A DNA stretch of 64,000 nucleotides from an uncultured Clostridia bacterium. GTDB taxonomy: Bacteria; Bacillota; Clostridia; TANB77; CAG-508. The notes under the pieces are model-generated. The model searched no databases and was not told the origin of the DNA. It was given only the letters and a program-made list of their open reading frames with translations. Positions 1 to 10,657 of the stretch are shown here, one piece after another. Both the position numbers and the translations under genes were made by a program. Positions within the stretch are counted from its first letter, which is position 1; every line of letters starts with the position of its first letter. The stretch is taken from NCBI GenBank assembly GCA_944392545.1, contig CALXWW010000001.1, positions 153,210 to 217,209 on the forward strand, written 5' to 3'.

Positions 1-1209
1 TTCTATATTTAGATCTTTATTTAGGCTTTCTTTTGCCTTTTCTTTACTTACTTTTGGTTCTTTTAAGTTTCTTTTTGTATGTGAGTTTAAATATCCTGTT
101 GTTTCGATTCCTAGTATTTCACCATTGTCTAATGCTACTTTTACTTTTATTAAATCAGGATACATTATTACGTTATCTTGTACATAAGCATAATTTATTG
201 TAACTATTCCACTTTGTTTTAAATAATATGTTTCTTTCATATTTTTAAATCCTTGTTTTTCTAAATATTCTTTTGCTTTTCCGTCTGCTTCTTCTTCGGA
301 TAGTACTTCTGATAAAACTTCTCTATTTCTGTCCATATATATTACATGTCCACCTTTTTCTGAAATAGATACAGTAGCTGTCGTATCATCTTCAAATGTT
401 AAATTAAAGTTATATGAAGTAATATTTCCTTCACTTTTTCCAAATGATTCTATTTCTTTTGTATTTATTGTAAATAGTTCCTTTGCTTTATTTTTTGCTG
501 TTTCTTCATCTACATTATCGCCTGTGAGTCCTACTTTTTCTGTTTTAGTTATATGTTCCGAAAAAGCGCCATCATATATTAGCCCAGAATATTCATGAAA
601 AGTTTGTTCTAAATTTTCAAAGCTATCTTGAGATATATTACTTACTTGCTTAGCAAATACCGCTGTCCCTTCTTTTGATAATTCTCCCCATTTTATTCTT
701 CCATCATTAATATCTGCGGATAATTGATTTAGTACATTTTCTAATTCTACACTATACTCATGTAATTCTTTAAGATTTTTCATGTCATCTTCTGATAACT
801 CTTTATCTTTCAAATTCTTTATATAAAGCGAATAACTATATTCACTTACTTGATTTAAAAATTTCGATGTGTTTTCTAGTTCATTTGAGTTTATTGGTAG
901 TTGGGCTAAATATCCCATTGCCAAGTTTGCTTCTCGCCAAACATTGCTTAAGCTTTCAGCACTACTTTCTGAAGAATTAGTTATCAAAGATTTCGCCAGA
1001 AATACTTCTACATTTTGTACATAATCTACTACTTCATAAAAAGCCATATTATATGCATTTTCAGAAGCCTGTCTATATTCTGTTTGTTTTTTGTAAATAT
1101 ATAATCCTAAAATTACTATTATTGTAAATAAAACCACTATTATGCTAAGCATATGTCTATCTTTTAATCTATTTTTCCAATCTATCATTTTCTCTTTTAA
1201 TGTTTTCAC
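1..1209 (-). CDS. ypeB: Germination protein YpeB-like, C-terminus runs off the window
   Basis: The minus-strand translation reads (V)KTLKEKMIDWKNRLKDRHMLSIIVVLFTIIVILGLYIY..., a single N-terminal TM helix followed by a long soluble region with PepSY-like repeats. A GTG at 1209 and an ATG at 1188 are both in frame. GGGTGG sits 8 nt upstream of the GTG. Confidence 0.55.
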   Translation of the reverse strand, partial: MKTLKEKMIDWKNRLKDRHMLSIIVVLFTIIVILGLYIYKKQTEYRQASENAYNMAFYEVVDYVQNVEVFLAKSLITNSSESSAESLSNVWREANLAMGYLAQLPINSNELENTSKFLNQVSEYSYSLYIKNLKDKELSEDDMKNLKELHEYSVELENVLNQLSADINDGRIKWGELSKEGTAVFAKQVSNISQDSFENLEQTFHEYSGLIYDGAFSEHITKTEKVGLTGDNVDEETAKNKAKELFTINTKEIESFGKSEGNITSYNFNLTFEDDTTATVSISEKGGHVIYMDRNREVLSEVLSEEEADGKAKEYLEKQGFKNMKETYYLKQSGIVTINYAYVQDNVIMYPDLIKVKVALDNGEILGIETTGYLNSHTKRNLKEPKVSKEKAKESLNKDLNIE

Positions 1210-1352
1210 TAAAATACCACCCTTTCACATTTATATGTATCATTCGTATTTTGTGTAAAATTTGTTAAATTATTCTTAATTTTTAGACTTTTTATATTTT
1301 TTGTGTTAGAATATTTTTGATTTTAATTAAATTTATTTTTATAGGAGATTTT

Positions 1353-2480
1353 ATGAAAAAAATATTAATATTTTATGCATCTTATGGCGGAGGTCATCTT
1401 TCTGCTGCTAAAGCTATAAAAAAACATTTAGATGATAATTTTGAAGTAGAAACAGATATTGTGGATTGCATACAATATGTTAATAAAATTTTAAATAAAG
1501 TAACAACAGGTGCATATAACCAAATGGCTAGAAATTGTCCTGGGATATGGGGAAGAATTTATGCAAATTCTCAAAAAGGAATATTTGCTCATATAAGTTC
1601 CAGAGCCAATAAAATAATGTCAGTAAAATTACAAAATTTAATAAAAGAAAAAAAACCTGATATAGTAGTTTCTACTCATCCTTTTAGTAGTCAAATGGTA
1701 AGTTATTTAAAGAGAAAAGGGAAAGTTAATTGTAAATTAATAACTGTACTTACAGATTTCGCACCACATGACCAATGGCTTGTTGGGCACGAGTATACAA
1801 ATGCTTTTTGTGTTTCTAACAAAAGAATGTATGAATATTTAACTAATTATGGAATAGTAAAAGAAAAAGTACACGTTACGGGAATTCCTTTATCAGATAA
1901 ATTCTCTAAAAAATTTGATAAGTCTGAAATATATAAAGAATTTAAGTTAGATGAAAATAAACCTGTTATATTATTTTTTGGTGGTGGTGAATTCGGTCTT
2001 GGCAAAGACAGGACTTTACAAATTTTAAGAGCGGTTATTAACAATTTACCAACTTATCAAATAATCGCTGTTTCTGGAAGAAATAAAAAGATGAATCAAG
2101 GTTTTAAAGATATTGTAGAAGAAACAAATTCTAAGGATAGAGTTAGAATTTTTGATTATACAAATAAAGTTCCTGAAATTATGAGCATATCTACTTTGGT
2201 CGTTAGTAAACCTGGTGGTCTTACAACTAGTGAAAGTTTAGCTTCTGGTCTACCATTACTCATCATAAATCCTATTCCTGGTCAAGAAGAAGAAAATGCT
2301 GAATTTTTAGAAAATCATAATGTTGGAGTTTGGATTAGAAAAAAAGACGACCCAAATGTAATAATACAAAAATTATTTGAGGACAAGTCTAAATTAGAAC
2401 AAATGAGAGAGAATACAAAATCATTAGCTAAAAAGAATTCTACTAAAGATATTTGCAATATTATATTAAAATTATATTAA
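1353..2480 (+). CDS. Diacylglycerol glycosyltransferase, MGDG synthase / UgtP-like (GT28)
   Basis: MKKILIFYASYGGGHLSAAKAIKKHL... matches the N-terminal signature of the MGDG-synthase/UgtP family. The ATG at 1353 is preceded by GGAG. The tracked ORF begins earlier, at a TTG. Confidence 0.7.
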   Translation: MKKILIFYASYGGGHLSAAKAIKKHLDDNFEVETDIVDCIQYVNKILNKVTTGAYNQMARNCPGIWGRIYANSQKGIFAHISSRANKIMSVKLQNLIKEKKPDIVVSTHPFSSQMVSYLKRKGKVNCKLITVLTDFAPHDQWLVGHEYTNAFCVSNKRMYEYLTNYGIVKEKVHVTGIPLSDKFSKKFDKSEIYKEFKLDENKPVILFFGGGEFGLGKDRTLQILRAVINNLPTYQIIAVSGRNKKMNQGFKDIVEETNSKDRVRIFDYTNKVPEIMSISTLVVSKPGGLTTSESLASGLPLLIINPIPGQEEENAEFLENHNVGVWIRKKDDPNVIIQKLFEDKSKLEQMRENTKSLAKKNSTKDICNIILKLY

Positions 2481-2490
2481 AATATATCAA

Positions 2491-2531
2491 AAAACCACTT
2501 CTTACATATTGTATTTAAGAGGTGGTTTTTA
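2491..2531 (+). terminator. Rho-independent terminator after the glycosyltransferase gene
   Basis: aaccacttct...agaggtggtt forms a 10-bp stem with one mismatch, followed by a T-run. Confidence 0.5.
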
Positions 2532-2710
2532 TGAATTCTTTATCTAATATGTCTGGTGCTGAATTAACTGCACTTGCCAATAGTCTTGCACTATATTTTT
2601 CAAATAACTATCCTGCAGATGATATTGAAAAGCTAGTTATTTTCTTTACTGCTCTTGCCGATATTTTGGCTTTACTTTCGGTTGACAAATCTGATGACTC
2701 TTTGCTTTAA
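2531..2710 (+). CDS. Small hypothetical protein (59 aa)
   Basis: The terminator stem doubles as the RBS (AGGTGG) placed 5 nt before the ATG. The product is helical and hydrophobic, MNSLSNMSGAELTALANSLALYF..., with host-like codon usage. Confidence 0.3.
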   Translation: MNSLSNMSGAELTALANSLALYFSNNYPADDIEKLVIFFTALADILALLSVDKSDDSLL

Positions 2711-2715
2711 TAAAA

Positions 2716-3315
2716 TTATAATTCTCTTCTTCCTTCTAATGCTTTAGAAAGAGTAACTTCATCTGTATACTCTAAATCTCCACCAACCGGAATTCCGTGT
2801 GCTATTCTAGTTACTTTTATTCCAAGAGGTTTTACAAGTTTAGAAATATACATTGCTGTTGCTTCTCCCTCAACTCGTGGGTTTGTAGCCAATATTAATT
2901 CTTTGACTTCTCCTCCCATTAGTCTTGAAAGAAGTTCTTTTATTTTTATATCATCAGGTCCTACTCCATTCATTGGAGAAATGCTACCATGTAACACATG
3001 ATAAAGACCTTTGAATTCATGAGTTCTTTCCATTGCGACAACATCTTTTACATCTTCTACTACACAAATTGTAGTATTATCTCTCATTGGATTTGAACAA
3101 ATTTCACATGGGTCTGTATCCGATATATTAAAACATTTTGAGCAATATTTCAAATTTTGTTTTGCATTTTGAATAGCAGATATAAATTCATCCGTCTCTT
3201 CTTTGCTTGCATTTAAAATATAAAAAGCAAGCCTAGCAGCAGTCTTGCTTCCTATACTTGGTAATCGTTCAAATGCTTCTATTAATTTTTCTATTGATGG
3301 TGAATAATATGACAT
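2716..3315 (-). CDS. recR: Recombination protein RecR
   Basis: [34 protein letters not shown], a C4 zinc finger ([16 protein letters not shown]) and a Toprim domain are all present. Confidence 0.95.
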   Translation of the reverse strand: MSYYSPSIEKLIEAFERLPSIGSKTAARLAFYILNASKEETDEFISAIQNAKQNLKYCSKCFNISDTDPCEICSNPMRDNTTICVVEDVKDVVAMERTHEFKGLYHVLHGSISPMNGVGPDDIKIKELLSRLMGGEVKELILATNPRVEGEATAMYISKLVKPLGIKVTRIAHGIPVGGDLEYTDEVTLSKALEGRREL

Positions 3316-3328
3316 AATAATTCTTCCT

Positions 3329-3670
3329 TTACATTAATCCTGGTATATTATATTTTCCAAGTGATGCAGCTTGTTCACTATCCACCTTTCTTAAGGCTTC
3401 ATTTACAGAAGTTAATATTAAATCTTGTAGCATCTCTACATCGTCTGGATCCACAACTTCCTTTTTTATTGTTATTTCTTTTAACACTTTATTTCCAGTT
3501 ACTTTTACGCTTACTGCACCACCTCCTGCTGTTGCTTCAAATTCTTTTGCAGCAAGTTCTTCTTGAGATTTTTCCATATCTGTTTGCATTTTTTTCGCTT
3601 CTTTCATTAATTGGTTAATGTTCATACCACCAAATCCTCCCATTCCTGGGAATCCTCCTCTTTTGGCCAT
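3329..3670 (-). CDS. ybaB: Nucleoid-associated protein YbaB/EbfC
   Basis: 113 aa with an N-terminal [29 protein letters not shown]. Conserved dnaX-ybaB-recR synteny. Confidence 0.9.
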   Translation of the reverse strand: MAKRGGFPGMGGFGGMNINQLMKEAKKMQTDMEKSQEELAAKEFEATAGGGAVSVKVTGNKVLKEITIKKEVVDPDDVEMLQDLILTSVNEALRKVDSEQAASLGKYNIPGLM

Positions 3671-3702
3671 TTTTATCTTCCTTTCTATTTATATTTTTTA
3701 TT

Positions 3703-5274
3703 TTAATCAATGATATTTATTGGAATATCTAAATTTTGTGCCATTTGTTCTAGTTGATTTTCATCCTTTTTTTCATTTTTGGGTAATGATTCTATACTTT
3801 CAATAAGTCTTACTTTCATGTCTTTTCCATATTCCATTGATATTACTCTTGAAAGTTCATTTATATTTTCTGGTTTTTCTATTATAGATTTTCCAAATGT
3901 ATTTATTCCATCTGGAAAACTTATACCTATAACCATATCGTTTAATTCTATCGGTTTTGCTTTTAACAAGTTAGAATATAACATAATCTTTCCATTTTGT
4001 CTTAAATCGTTTAATATATTTTTCCATCCTTTAGCTTCGTTATATTCAGATATTACTTGTGAAAAATTAGCTGTTTTTATCTTTTTATTATCCTCATCAT
4101 CAGATTTTGGATTGTTTTCATTTGTTTCAGATTTATCCACAGTTTTGCTTTGTTTTTTTGGAGTTTTATCCACATTTTCCACATGTGTCTCTACTAAATT
4201 TTCACTGCATAATTTTATTATTTCTACTTGAAATAATATGCTTTTTTGAGATGACCATTTCATATCATTTTCTAGTTTTGATAAATCCATTATTATATAT
4301 AATAATCTTTCTTTTGTGACCTCTTCTGAAAGTCTCTTTATCTCTTCTATTTCTTCTTGATTATAAATTTCTAGTTTGTTTGTTGCTTTATATACTAATA
4401 TATCTTTTACATATTTTATAATTTCCCAAAGCAAATTATTTAAGTCTTTACCATCATTTAAAACACTATTAACAGCTTTTATTGCTTCGTCTACATTATA
4501 TTCTAAAAATGCTTTAACAATATTACTTACATATGTTAATTTTGGAATTCCTGCTAAGTCTTTTATTTTATCTTCATCTATATTAGTTTCTCCATCTTGT
4601 AAACATCTTTCAAGTATACTTAATGCATCTCTCATTGCCCCTTCTGAAAGTATTGCAATTAATTTTAATGCTTCTTTTGTAATTTCTATATTGCTTTCCT
4701 TTGCAACATACTCTAGTCTTTTTACTATATCCCCATTTGATATTTTCTTGAAATCAAATCTTTGGCATCTTGAAAGAATCGTTGCAGGTAATTTTTGTGG
4801 TTCTGTAGTTGCTAAAATAAATTTTACATGTGCTGGCGGTTCTTCCAACGTTTTTAGCAGAGCATTAAAAGCACCTATAGATAGCATATGAACCTCATCT
4901 ATTATATATACTCTGTATTTTGCAAGTGTTGGTAAAAAATTTACTTCTTCTCTTATTAAACGAATATCTTCTACACTATTATTCGATGCAGCATCCATTT
5001 CTACTATATCTGTTAATGATCCAGAAAGTGCTGCCTTACAAATTTCACACTCATTGCAAGGCTCTCCATCTTTTGGATTTAGACAATTAACTGCTCTCGC
5101 CAAAACTTTAGCAGCACTTGTTTTTCCAGTTCCTCTTCCTCCATTAAAAAGATATGCATGTCCTACTCTTCCTGCTATTATCTGATTTTTAAGTGTTCTT
5201 GTAATATGTTCTTGTCCTACAAATTCTTCAAACTTTAAAGGTCTAAATTTTCTATATAGCGCTGTATACGACAA
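3703..5274 (-). CDS. dnaX: DNA polymerase III subunit gamma/tau
   Basis: AAA+ motifs GGRGTGKTSAAKVLA and IIDEVHML, and a zinc module CNECEIC. Confidence 0.95.
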   Translation of the reverse strand: MSYTALYRKFRPLKFEEFVGQEHITRTLKNQIIAGRVGHAYLFNGGRGTGKTSAAKVLARAVNCLNPKDGEPCNECEICKAALSGSLTDIVEMDAASNNSVEDIRLIREEVNFLPTLAKYRVYIIDEVHMLSIGAFNALLKTLEEPPAHVKFILATTEPQKLPATILSRCQRFDFKKISNGDIVKRLEYVAKESNIEITKEALKLIAILSEGAMRDALSILERCLQDGETNIDEDKIKDLAGIPKLTYVSNIVKAFLEYNVDEAIKAVNSVLNDGKDLNNLLWEIIKYVKDILVYKATNKLEIYNQEEIEEIKRLSEEVTKERLLYIIMDLSKLENDMKWSSQKSILFQVEIIKLCSENLVETHVENVDKTPKKQSKTVDKSETNENNPKSDDEDNKKIKTANFSQVISEYNEAKGWKNILNDLRQNGKIMLYSNLLKAKPIELNDMVIGISFPDGINTFGKSIIEKPENINELSRVISMEYGKDMKVRLIESIESLPKNEKKDENQLEQMAQNLDIPINIID

Positions 5275-5294
5275 TTTATATCACCCTCTATCTT

Positions 5295-5440
5295 TAAAAA
5301 ATGGTGTGAGTATTTTAACTACTCTATGGAAGTTTCCACACAAGAAGTACTGCTTATTGCTGCTTCCTTCCGGATCTGACAAGGTTCACAGCTTCTTGTT
5401 GGTCCCCTCCATACAATAGTTAAAATTTCTCATACCATTT
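5295..5440 (-). ncRNA. ffs: Signal recognition particle RNA (4.5S/scRNA-type, short form)
   Basis: The minus strand contains GUCAGAUCCGGAAGGAAGCAGC, the domain IV / GGAA tetraloop signature. Flanking arms form a long imperfect helix: AUGGUAUGAGAAAUUUUAACUAUUG pairs with CAUAGAGUAGUUAAAAUACUCACACCAU. A U-tail follows. It lies immediately upstream of dnaX, as in Bacillus. Confidence 0.75.
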
Positions 5441-5488
5441 GTATTATATACTGTTTTATTCAATTTATCAATAGTTCATATAAACTTT

Positions 5489-6229
5489 TTATTCTCTTTT
5501 GAATATAACATCTGACATATCTGTTTTTTCTATATTACATGTTCCTTCTTCTATTATATTACCACATGGCATTTGCAAATTAACATTTGCTCTATAACTA
5601 CAATTATCAACAGTTATTACTATGTCAAAAGATATATCAAAAGAAATTTCTTCATTTGTTGTATTTATTTTTTTTAGTAAAGTTCCATCATGTGTAATTT
5701 GTTTATCTTTGTCAGAACTATATGTATCTAACCCAATGTTGCTGAAACTTAATATTAAGCTACCTCCATTACTTCCTATTTCTAAAGTTTTAGGATTACT
5801 TTTCTCTGCACCTTTATATTCTAATTTTTCATTTACAATATACTCATCTTTATAGTCAAATATTCTGCCTTTTACACTATTAGGCATATATGTTTTTATT
5901 TCACCTTTAGTAGGTGCTTTTGTAACATTTATATTTTCTATTTTTACACTTTTTATACTTTTTTCTTCACCTTTATAATTTTCATTTTTATCTATATATA
6001 TGTACACATCATTATTTTGATATACTTTAAAATTCCATTTTTTGTCTCCCTTTGCTTCTTGCCCTTCTGCTGTACTTACAATAATTATTTTGGATAAATT
6101 AAATGGCATGTTTTTATCGCCTTCTACCTGATACTTAATCATTGTAATACCAACTAAAAGAATAATTATTACAAATGTAGTTATTGCTATACACAGTTTT
6201 ATCATTTGTTTCTTTTTTTCTTTATCCAA
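5489..6229 (-). CDS. Hypothetical membrane-anchored protein
   Basis: One N-terminal TM helix (LCIAITTFVIIILLVGITMI), followed by a Lys/Asn-rich extracytoplasmic region with no recognisable motif. Confidence 0.45.
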   Translation of the reverse strand: MDKEKKKQMIKLCIAITTFVIIILLVGITMIKYQVEGDKNMPFNLSKIIIVSTAEGQEAKGDKKWNFKVYQNNDVYIYIDKNENYKGEEKSIKSVKIENINVTKAPTKGEIKTYMPNSVKGRIFDYKDEYIVNEKLEYKGAEKSNPKTLEIGSNGGSLILSFSNIGLDTYSSDKDKQITHDGTLLKKINTTNEEISFDISFDIVITVDNCSYRANVNLQMPCGNIIEEGTCNIEKTDMSDVIFKRE

Positions 6230-6251
6230 TTCATTCTCCTCCTTTATATAT

Positions 6252-6345
6252 TGGCGAAGTGGGTGGGATTCGAACCCACGTGCCAGCTATTCACTGACTA
6301 ACTGATTTCGAGTCAGCCTCGTTATGACCTCTTCGATACCACTTC
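6252..6345 (-). tRNA. tRNA-Ser (anticodon CGA)
   Basis: The reverse complement folds as a class II tRNA: acceptor GAAGTGG/CCACTTC, long variable arm, T-arm GTGGGTTCGAATCCCAC, 3' CCA, and anticodon loop CTCGAAA. Confidence 0.8.
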
Positions 6346-6351
6346 ATATCA

Positions 6352-7272
6352 TTAACTTAATTCTTTTTCGTTTTCATGTTTTTCTAGACTTTCTATTCTT
6401 TTTCTATCTCTCTGTTTTACAAATTTACGCTGCTCTTCTAAAGAAGGGGAACCTTCTGCTAAACTTTCTTTTAAATCTTTATTTCTTTTTATTGGAAATA
6501 CTTTTCTTTCTATATATGGTTCTTTTGGATTATAATCAATTGTTAAGCTTCCATCTTGTTCTTTTATAAAGTTATATCCTCTTCTAGCAATAATACCATT
6601 TTTTTCTCCGAATACCATTGGAAAATATCTTCTTAAATCTGCATCTTCGAGATTTAAAGTTTTCCCTGTTAATTGAAATTTAACATTATATATTTTTACC
6701 TTTTTCTTTATCCCACTAATATTACCAAATGCTAATTTAGGTAATATTAGTCTTGTATTCTTTAAAAATCTTTCTTCATATCCTTTAATATATCCTAATT
6801 CTTGCAATTTTCTAAATGTTTTTTGATTTATTCCATGTGTATCAGTTTCAAAAGTAATTTCTCTACCTCTTTTATCTCTTGGTTTAAACTTAGTAAGCCC
6901 GATCAATGTTTGTAATTGCATAAATCCAACTTTCTCTATGTCTGACATTCCTCTTAGCTTATTTGTCATATCTATTCTTGTTACGTCTTGATATATTTTT
7001 GTATTTTTTTTGTGCTTGGCAGTTATAAAGGTAAGGTCTTTATAACTGGTATATTTTGTGTTATTTAAAAAGTTTTGCATACTAAATATAGAGCCCACCA
7101 TCATAGGTGCTATCAATACTGGTGATATTGCCCCAGCAGCTACAATTCCAAAACAAAAACCAAATGCTAACATTCCACTTCCCAATACTTTTACAAGTTT
7201 CTTTCCACCTTTTCCTACAACAGTCACTATATTTTTTTGTCCTACCTTAACAGGTAAATTGTTTTTCTCCAT
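6352..7272 (-). CDS. Hypothetical membrane protein (2 TM N-terminus)
   Basis: N-terminal hydrophobic pair LAFGFCFGIVAAGAISPVLIAPMMVGSIF, then about 220 aa of soluble domain. No motif I can assign. Confidence 0.45.
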   Translation of the reverse strand: MEKNNLPVKVGQKNIVTVVGKGGKKLVKVLGSGMLAFGFCFGIVAAGAISPVLIAPMMVGSIFSMQNFLNNTKYTSYKDLTFITAKHKKNTKIYQDVTRIDMTNKLRGMSDIEKVGFMQLQTLIGLTKFKPRDKRGREITFETDTHGINQKTFRKLQELGYIKGYEERFLKNTRLILPKLAFGNISGIKKKVKIYNVKFQLTGKTLNLEDADLRRYFPMVFGEKNGIIARRGYNFIKEQDGSLTIDYNPKEPYIERKVFPIKRNKDLKESLAEGSPSLEEQRKFVKQRDRKRIESLEKHENEKELS

Positions 7273-7281
7273 TAATTTCTC

Positions 7282-7749
7282 CTATTTTTTACTTTTCAAA
7301 GCTCTTAGTTCCTTAAAAAAATCTTTTAAAAGTTTTTCACTTTTTTCCTTTAATACTCCTTTTTCAAATTCAACTATATGATTAAATTTATAGTCTTGTA
7401 ACAAGTTTAAAACTGAACCACATGCACCTGTTTTTTCATCCATTGTTCCAATATACACTTTTTTTATTCTTGCCTGTATTATTGCACCTGCACACATAGC
7501 ACACGGCTCTAAAGTCACATACATCTCACAATCATTTAAGCGCCAATTTTCTAGTTTCTTACTTGCTTTTTGTATTGCTATTATTTCCGCATGTTTTGTC
7601 GTATCATTTCTTTCTTCCTTTACATTGTGTGCTCTTGAAATTATTGTGCCATCCTTTACTATAATTGCCCCTACCGGAATTTCTAGCTTTTTGTATGCTT
7701 TTTTTGCTTCTTTTAAAGCTTCAATCATAAACTTTTCTTTTTGTTCCAT
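7282..7749 (-). CDS. tadA: tRNA-specific adenosine deaminase TadA
   Basis: CMP/dCMP deaminase zinc motifs HAEIIAI and PCAMCAGAI, 155 aa. Confidence 0.9.
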   Translation of the reverse strand: MEQKEKFMIEALKEAKKAYKKLEIPVGAIIVKDGTIISRAHNVKEERNDTTKHAEIIAIQKASKKLENWRLNDCEMYVTLEPCAMCAGAIIQARIKKVYIGTMDEKTGACGSVLNLLQDYKFNHIVEFEKGVLKEKSEKLLKDFFKELRALKSKK

Positions 7750-7774
7750 ACATTATACCCTATATAAATAAAAA

Positions 7775-7851
<77 letters not shown>

Positions 7852-7968
7852 ATTTATTAGTACTAATATATTTTATATTATTTTTATAAATTAATCAAGT
7901 ATTTTGTAAAAATGATACTTGACATAAATGTTATAATTATTTCATTATATTTATTTTAGAGGTTATTT

Positions 7969-8685
7969 ATGCAAAAAATATTAAGTTATTTACGAAAAGC
8001 AATAGAACATTATAATATGATAGAAGAAGGAGATAAGATAGCTGTTGCCCTATCTGGAGGAAAAGATTCAATTACACTTTTAAAAGGTCTAAAAGCTTTG
8101 CAACGCTTTTACCCTAATCATTTCGAATTGATTGCTATTAGTGTTAATCCTGGATTTGACTTTTTCGATTCTTCTTTTTTAGAAAAAACTTGTGAAGAAA
8201 TTGGTGTAGAATATATAGAGGCAAAAAGTGATATAAAGGAAATTGTTTTTGATATACGAAAAGAAAAAAATCCATGTTCTTTATGCGCTAATCTTCGTAG
8301 AGGTATTCTAAATTCAACTGCTATTGAACACGGTTGTAATAAATTAGCACTTGGTCATAATGAAGATGATGTATTAGAGACATTTTTCTTGAATATGTTA
8401 TTTGCTGGTAATTTATCTACATTTGCACCTGTAAGTTATATGGATAAGTCTAAAATAACTTTAATCCGACCTTTGATATATGCGTCTGAAAAGGAAATTA
8501 AAAAGTTTATAAAAAGAGAAAATATAACTGTTATGAATAAAAATTGCCCTATGGATGGAATTTCAAAAAGAGAATTTATGAAAGACTTATTATATAAGTT
8601 ATCCTTAGAAATTCCTAATGTTAGAGCCAATTTAATGGGTGCTATAAAAAGAGCAAATATTAATGGATGGAGAGAAATTAAATAA
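7969..8685 (+). CDS. ttcA: PP-loop ATPase, tRNA 2-thiocytidine synthetase TtcA-like
   Basis: SGGKDS PP-loop, plus CxxC-type Cys motifs (CSLCANLRRG, CPMDG). Confidence 0.75.
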   Translation: MQKILSYLRKAIEHYNMIEEGDKIAVALSGGKDSITLLKGLKALQRFYPNHFELIAISVNPGFDFFDSSFLEKTCEEIGVEYIEAKSDIKEIVFDIRKEKNPCSLCANLRRGILNSTAIEHGCNKLALGHNEDDVLETFFLNMLFAGNLSTFAPVSYMDKSKITLIRPLIYASEKEIKKFIKRENITVMNKNCPMDGISKREFMKDLLYKLSLEIPNVRANLMGAIKRANINGWREIK

Positions 8686-8724
8686 TTCTTTATTATTTAA
8701 TAAATTATTTAGTGTGTGTTTATA

Positions 8725-8772
8725 AAAAATAGTATATGATTAGCATTTTCTGCATATCATATACTATTTTTA
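8725..8772. terminator. Bidirectional terminator hairpin between convergent genes
   Basis: aaaatagtatatgat...atcatatactatttt palindrome. Confidence 0.5.
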
Positions 8773-8777
8773 GTTTT

Positions 8778-10514
8778 CTATTCTTGAGCATTTTCTGCCA
8801 TTTCTTTTACTGCATTTTCTAATTTACTTAACTCATCATTTGCATTTTTCCTGTTAGTTTCACATATTCCCATATAGAATTTTATTTTTGGTTCTGTTCC
8901 TGATGGACGCACACATACCCAAGCATTTTTTTCTAAATCAAAATACAACACATTAGATTTTGGAAGTCCTGTAGATCTCTTTTCATTATTATCTGAAATT
9001 ATTTCTTGTTTATAATAATCTCCAAATTCTTTAACTCTTAAACCTGCAATTTCTTTTGCTGGATTTTTTCTCATATTTTCCATCATCTTCTTTATTTTCA
9101 TGGCGCCATCTGCACCTTTTAAAGTAATTGATATTTGTTCTTCTTTGAAATATCCATATTTTTCATACATTTTATTCATTTGGTCCCATAAAGTTAATCC
9201 ATGCTTTTTATAGTATGCCACAGCTTCACAGATTGTCATAACTGCAACTATTCCATCTTTATCTCTTGCATGAGTTCCTATAATGCAACCATAACTTTCT
9301 TCATAAGAAAATAAACACTTATATGTATTTTCTTTTTCAAATTCTCTTATAATCTTTGCAATATTTTTAAACCCTGTTAATGTTGAAAATAATTTTACTC
9401 CATATTCTTTTGCAATAGCATCTGTCATATTTGAAGATACTATAGTTTTAATAATTGCACCATTTTCTGGCAATTCTCCTTTTGCTTTCTTTTGTGATAG
9501 GATATATTCTGCTACTAAATTACCTGACATATTACCGTTGAATTGTATATATTCCTTTGTTATATTATCCTTAACATACATTCCAAACCTATCTGCATCA
9601 GGATCATTTGCCAAAACTATATCAGCATCTATTTTTTTGGCTAATTCTAGTGCTAATACAAATGCCTTTGGATCTTCTGGATTTGGATAACTTACGGTTG
9701 GGAAATGTCCATCTGGCTCTTCCTGTTCTTTTACAACATATACTTTTTCAAATCCAATTTCTTTTAAAATTCTTTTAACAAGCTTCCCACCTGTTCCATG
9801 AAGTGGAGAATATACTATCTTTATATCTTTTTGCATCTCTTTTATTATGTCATTATGCACAACTAATTTTTTTAACTCTTCTATATATTTATCGTCTATT
9901 TCTTCACCTATAGTATTAAATAATCCTTTTTCAACGGCTTCTTCGTATTTCATTGTTTTAATTGTTCCAAAGTCAGTAATACTATTTACTTCGTTTATAA
10001 TTTCTTCATCTGTTGGTTCTACTATTTGTGCACCATCTTCCCAATACACTTTATATCCATTATATTCTGGTGGATTATGACTTGCTGTTATTACTATACC
10101 TGCAATACATCCTAATTCTCTTACAGCATAGGACAACTCAGGAGTTGGTCTTAAAGAATCAAATCTATATGTTTTTATTCCATTAGCATTTAAACATAAT
10201 GCTGTTTCCATACTAAATTCTTTCGACATTACTCTAGAGTCATATGCAATTGCTACACCTCTCCCTTCTCCTCCTTGTTTTATTATATAGTTTGCTAGTC
10301 CTTGTGTAGCTTTAGTGACCGTGTATTTATTCATTCTATTGCTTCCCATACCAACAATTCCTCTTAACCCTGCTGTTCCAAACTCCAAATCTTTATAGAA
10401 TCTATCTTCTATTTCAGAATCATTTCCTTTTATTTGCTCTAACTCTTTCCTTGATTTTTCGTCAAATGCTGAATTGTTAAGCCATTCATTATATTTAATT
10501 TCATATTCTTTCAT
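8778..10514 (-). CDS. pgcA: Phosphoglucomutase / phosphomannomutase family protein
   Basis: Active-site loop TASHNPPEYNGYK and GTAGLRG, 578 aa. Confidence 0.9.
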   Translation of the reverse strand: MKEYEIKYNEWLNNSAFDEKSRKELEQIKGNDSEIEDRFYKDLEFGTAGLRGIVGMGSNRMNKYTVTKATQGLANYIIKQGGEGRGVAIAYDSRVMSKEFSMETALCLNANGIKTYRFDSLRPTPELSYAVRELGCIAGIVITASHNPPEYNGYKVYWEDGAQIVEPTDEEIINEVNSITDFGTIKTMKYEEAVEKGLFNTIGEEIDDKYIEELKKLVVHNDIIKEMQKDIKIVYSPLHGTGGKLVKRILKEIGFEKVYVVKEQEEPDGHFPTVSYPNPEDPKAFVLALELAKKIDADIVLANDPDADRFGMYVKDNITKEYIQFNGNMSGNLVAEYILSQKKAKGELPENGAIIKTIVSSNMTDAIAKEYGVKLFSTLTGFKNIAKIIREFEKENTYKCLFSYEESYGCIIGTHARDKDGIVAVMTICEAVAYYKKHGLTLWDQMNKMYEKYGYFKEEQISITLKGADGAMKIKKMMENMRKNPAKEIAGLRVKEFGDYYKQEIISDNNEKRSTGLPKSNVLYFDLEKNAWVCVRPSGTEPKIKFYMGICETNRKNANDELSKLENAVKEMAENAQE

Positions 10515-10657
10515 TAAACATAGCCTCCTATTTTTATTCTACATTAATATGGCTAGTATATCATATATTTTTAAAAATTACTATAATTTTTCTTATTGAA
10601 TAAAAATAGAGGAATTATACTTTTATATCTTGTATTATCCCTCTATTTTTAATTACA

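Noticed and set aside
3361-4891. Antisense ORFs inside ybaB/dnaX (3361-3618, 3779-4231, 4107-4319, 4376-4891)
   Set aside because: They lie entirely within strongly supported genes on the other strand, and their products are low-complexity Leu/Phe/Ser strings.
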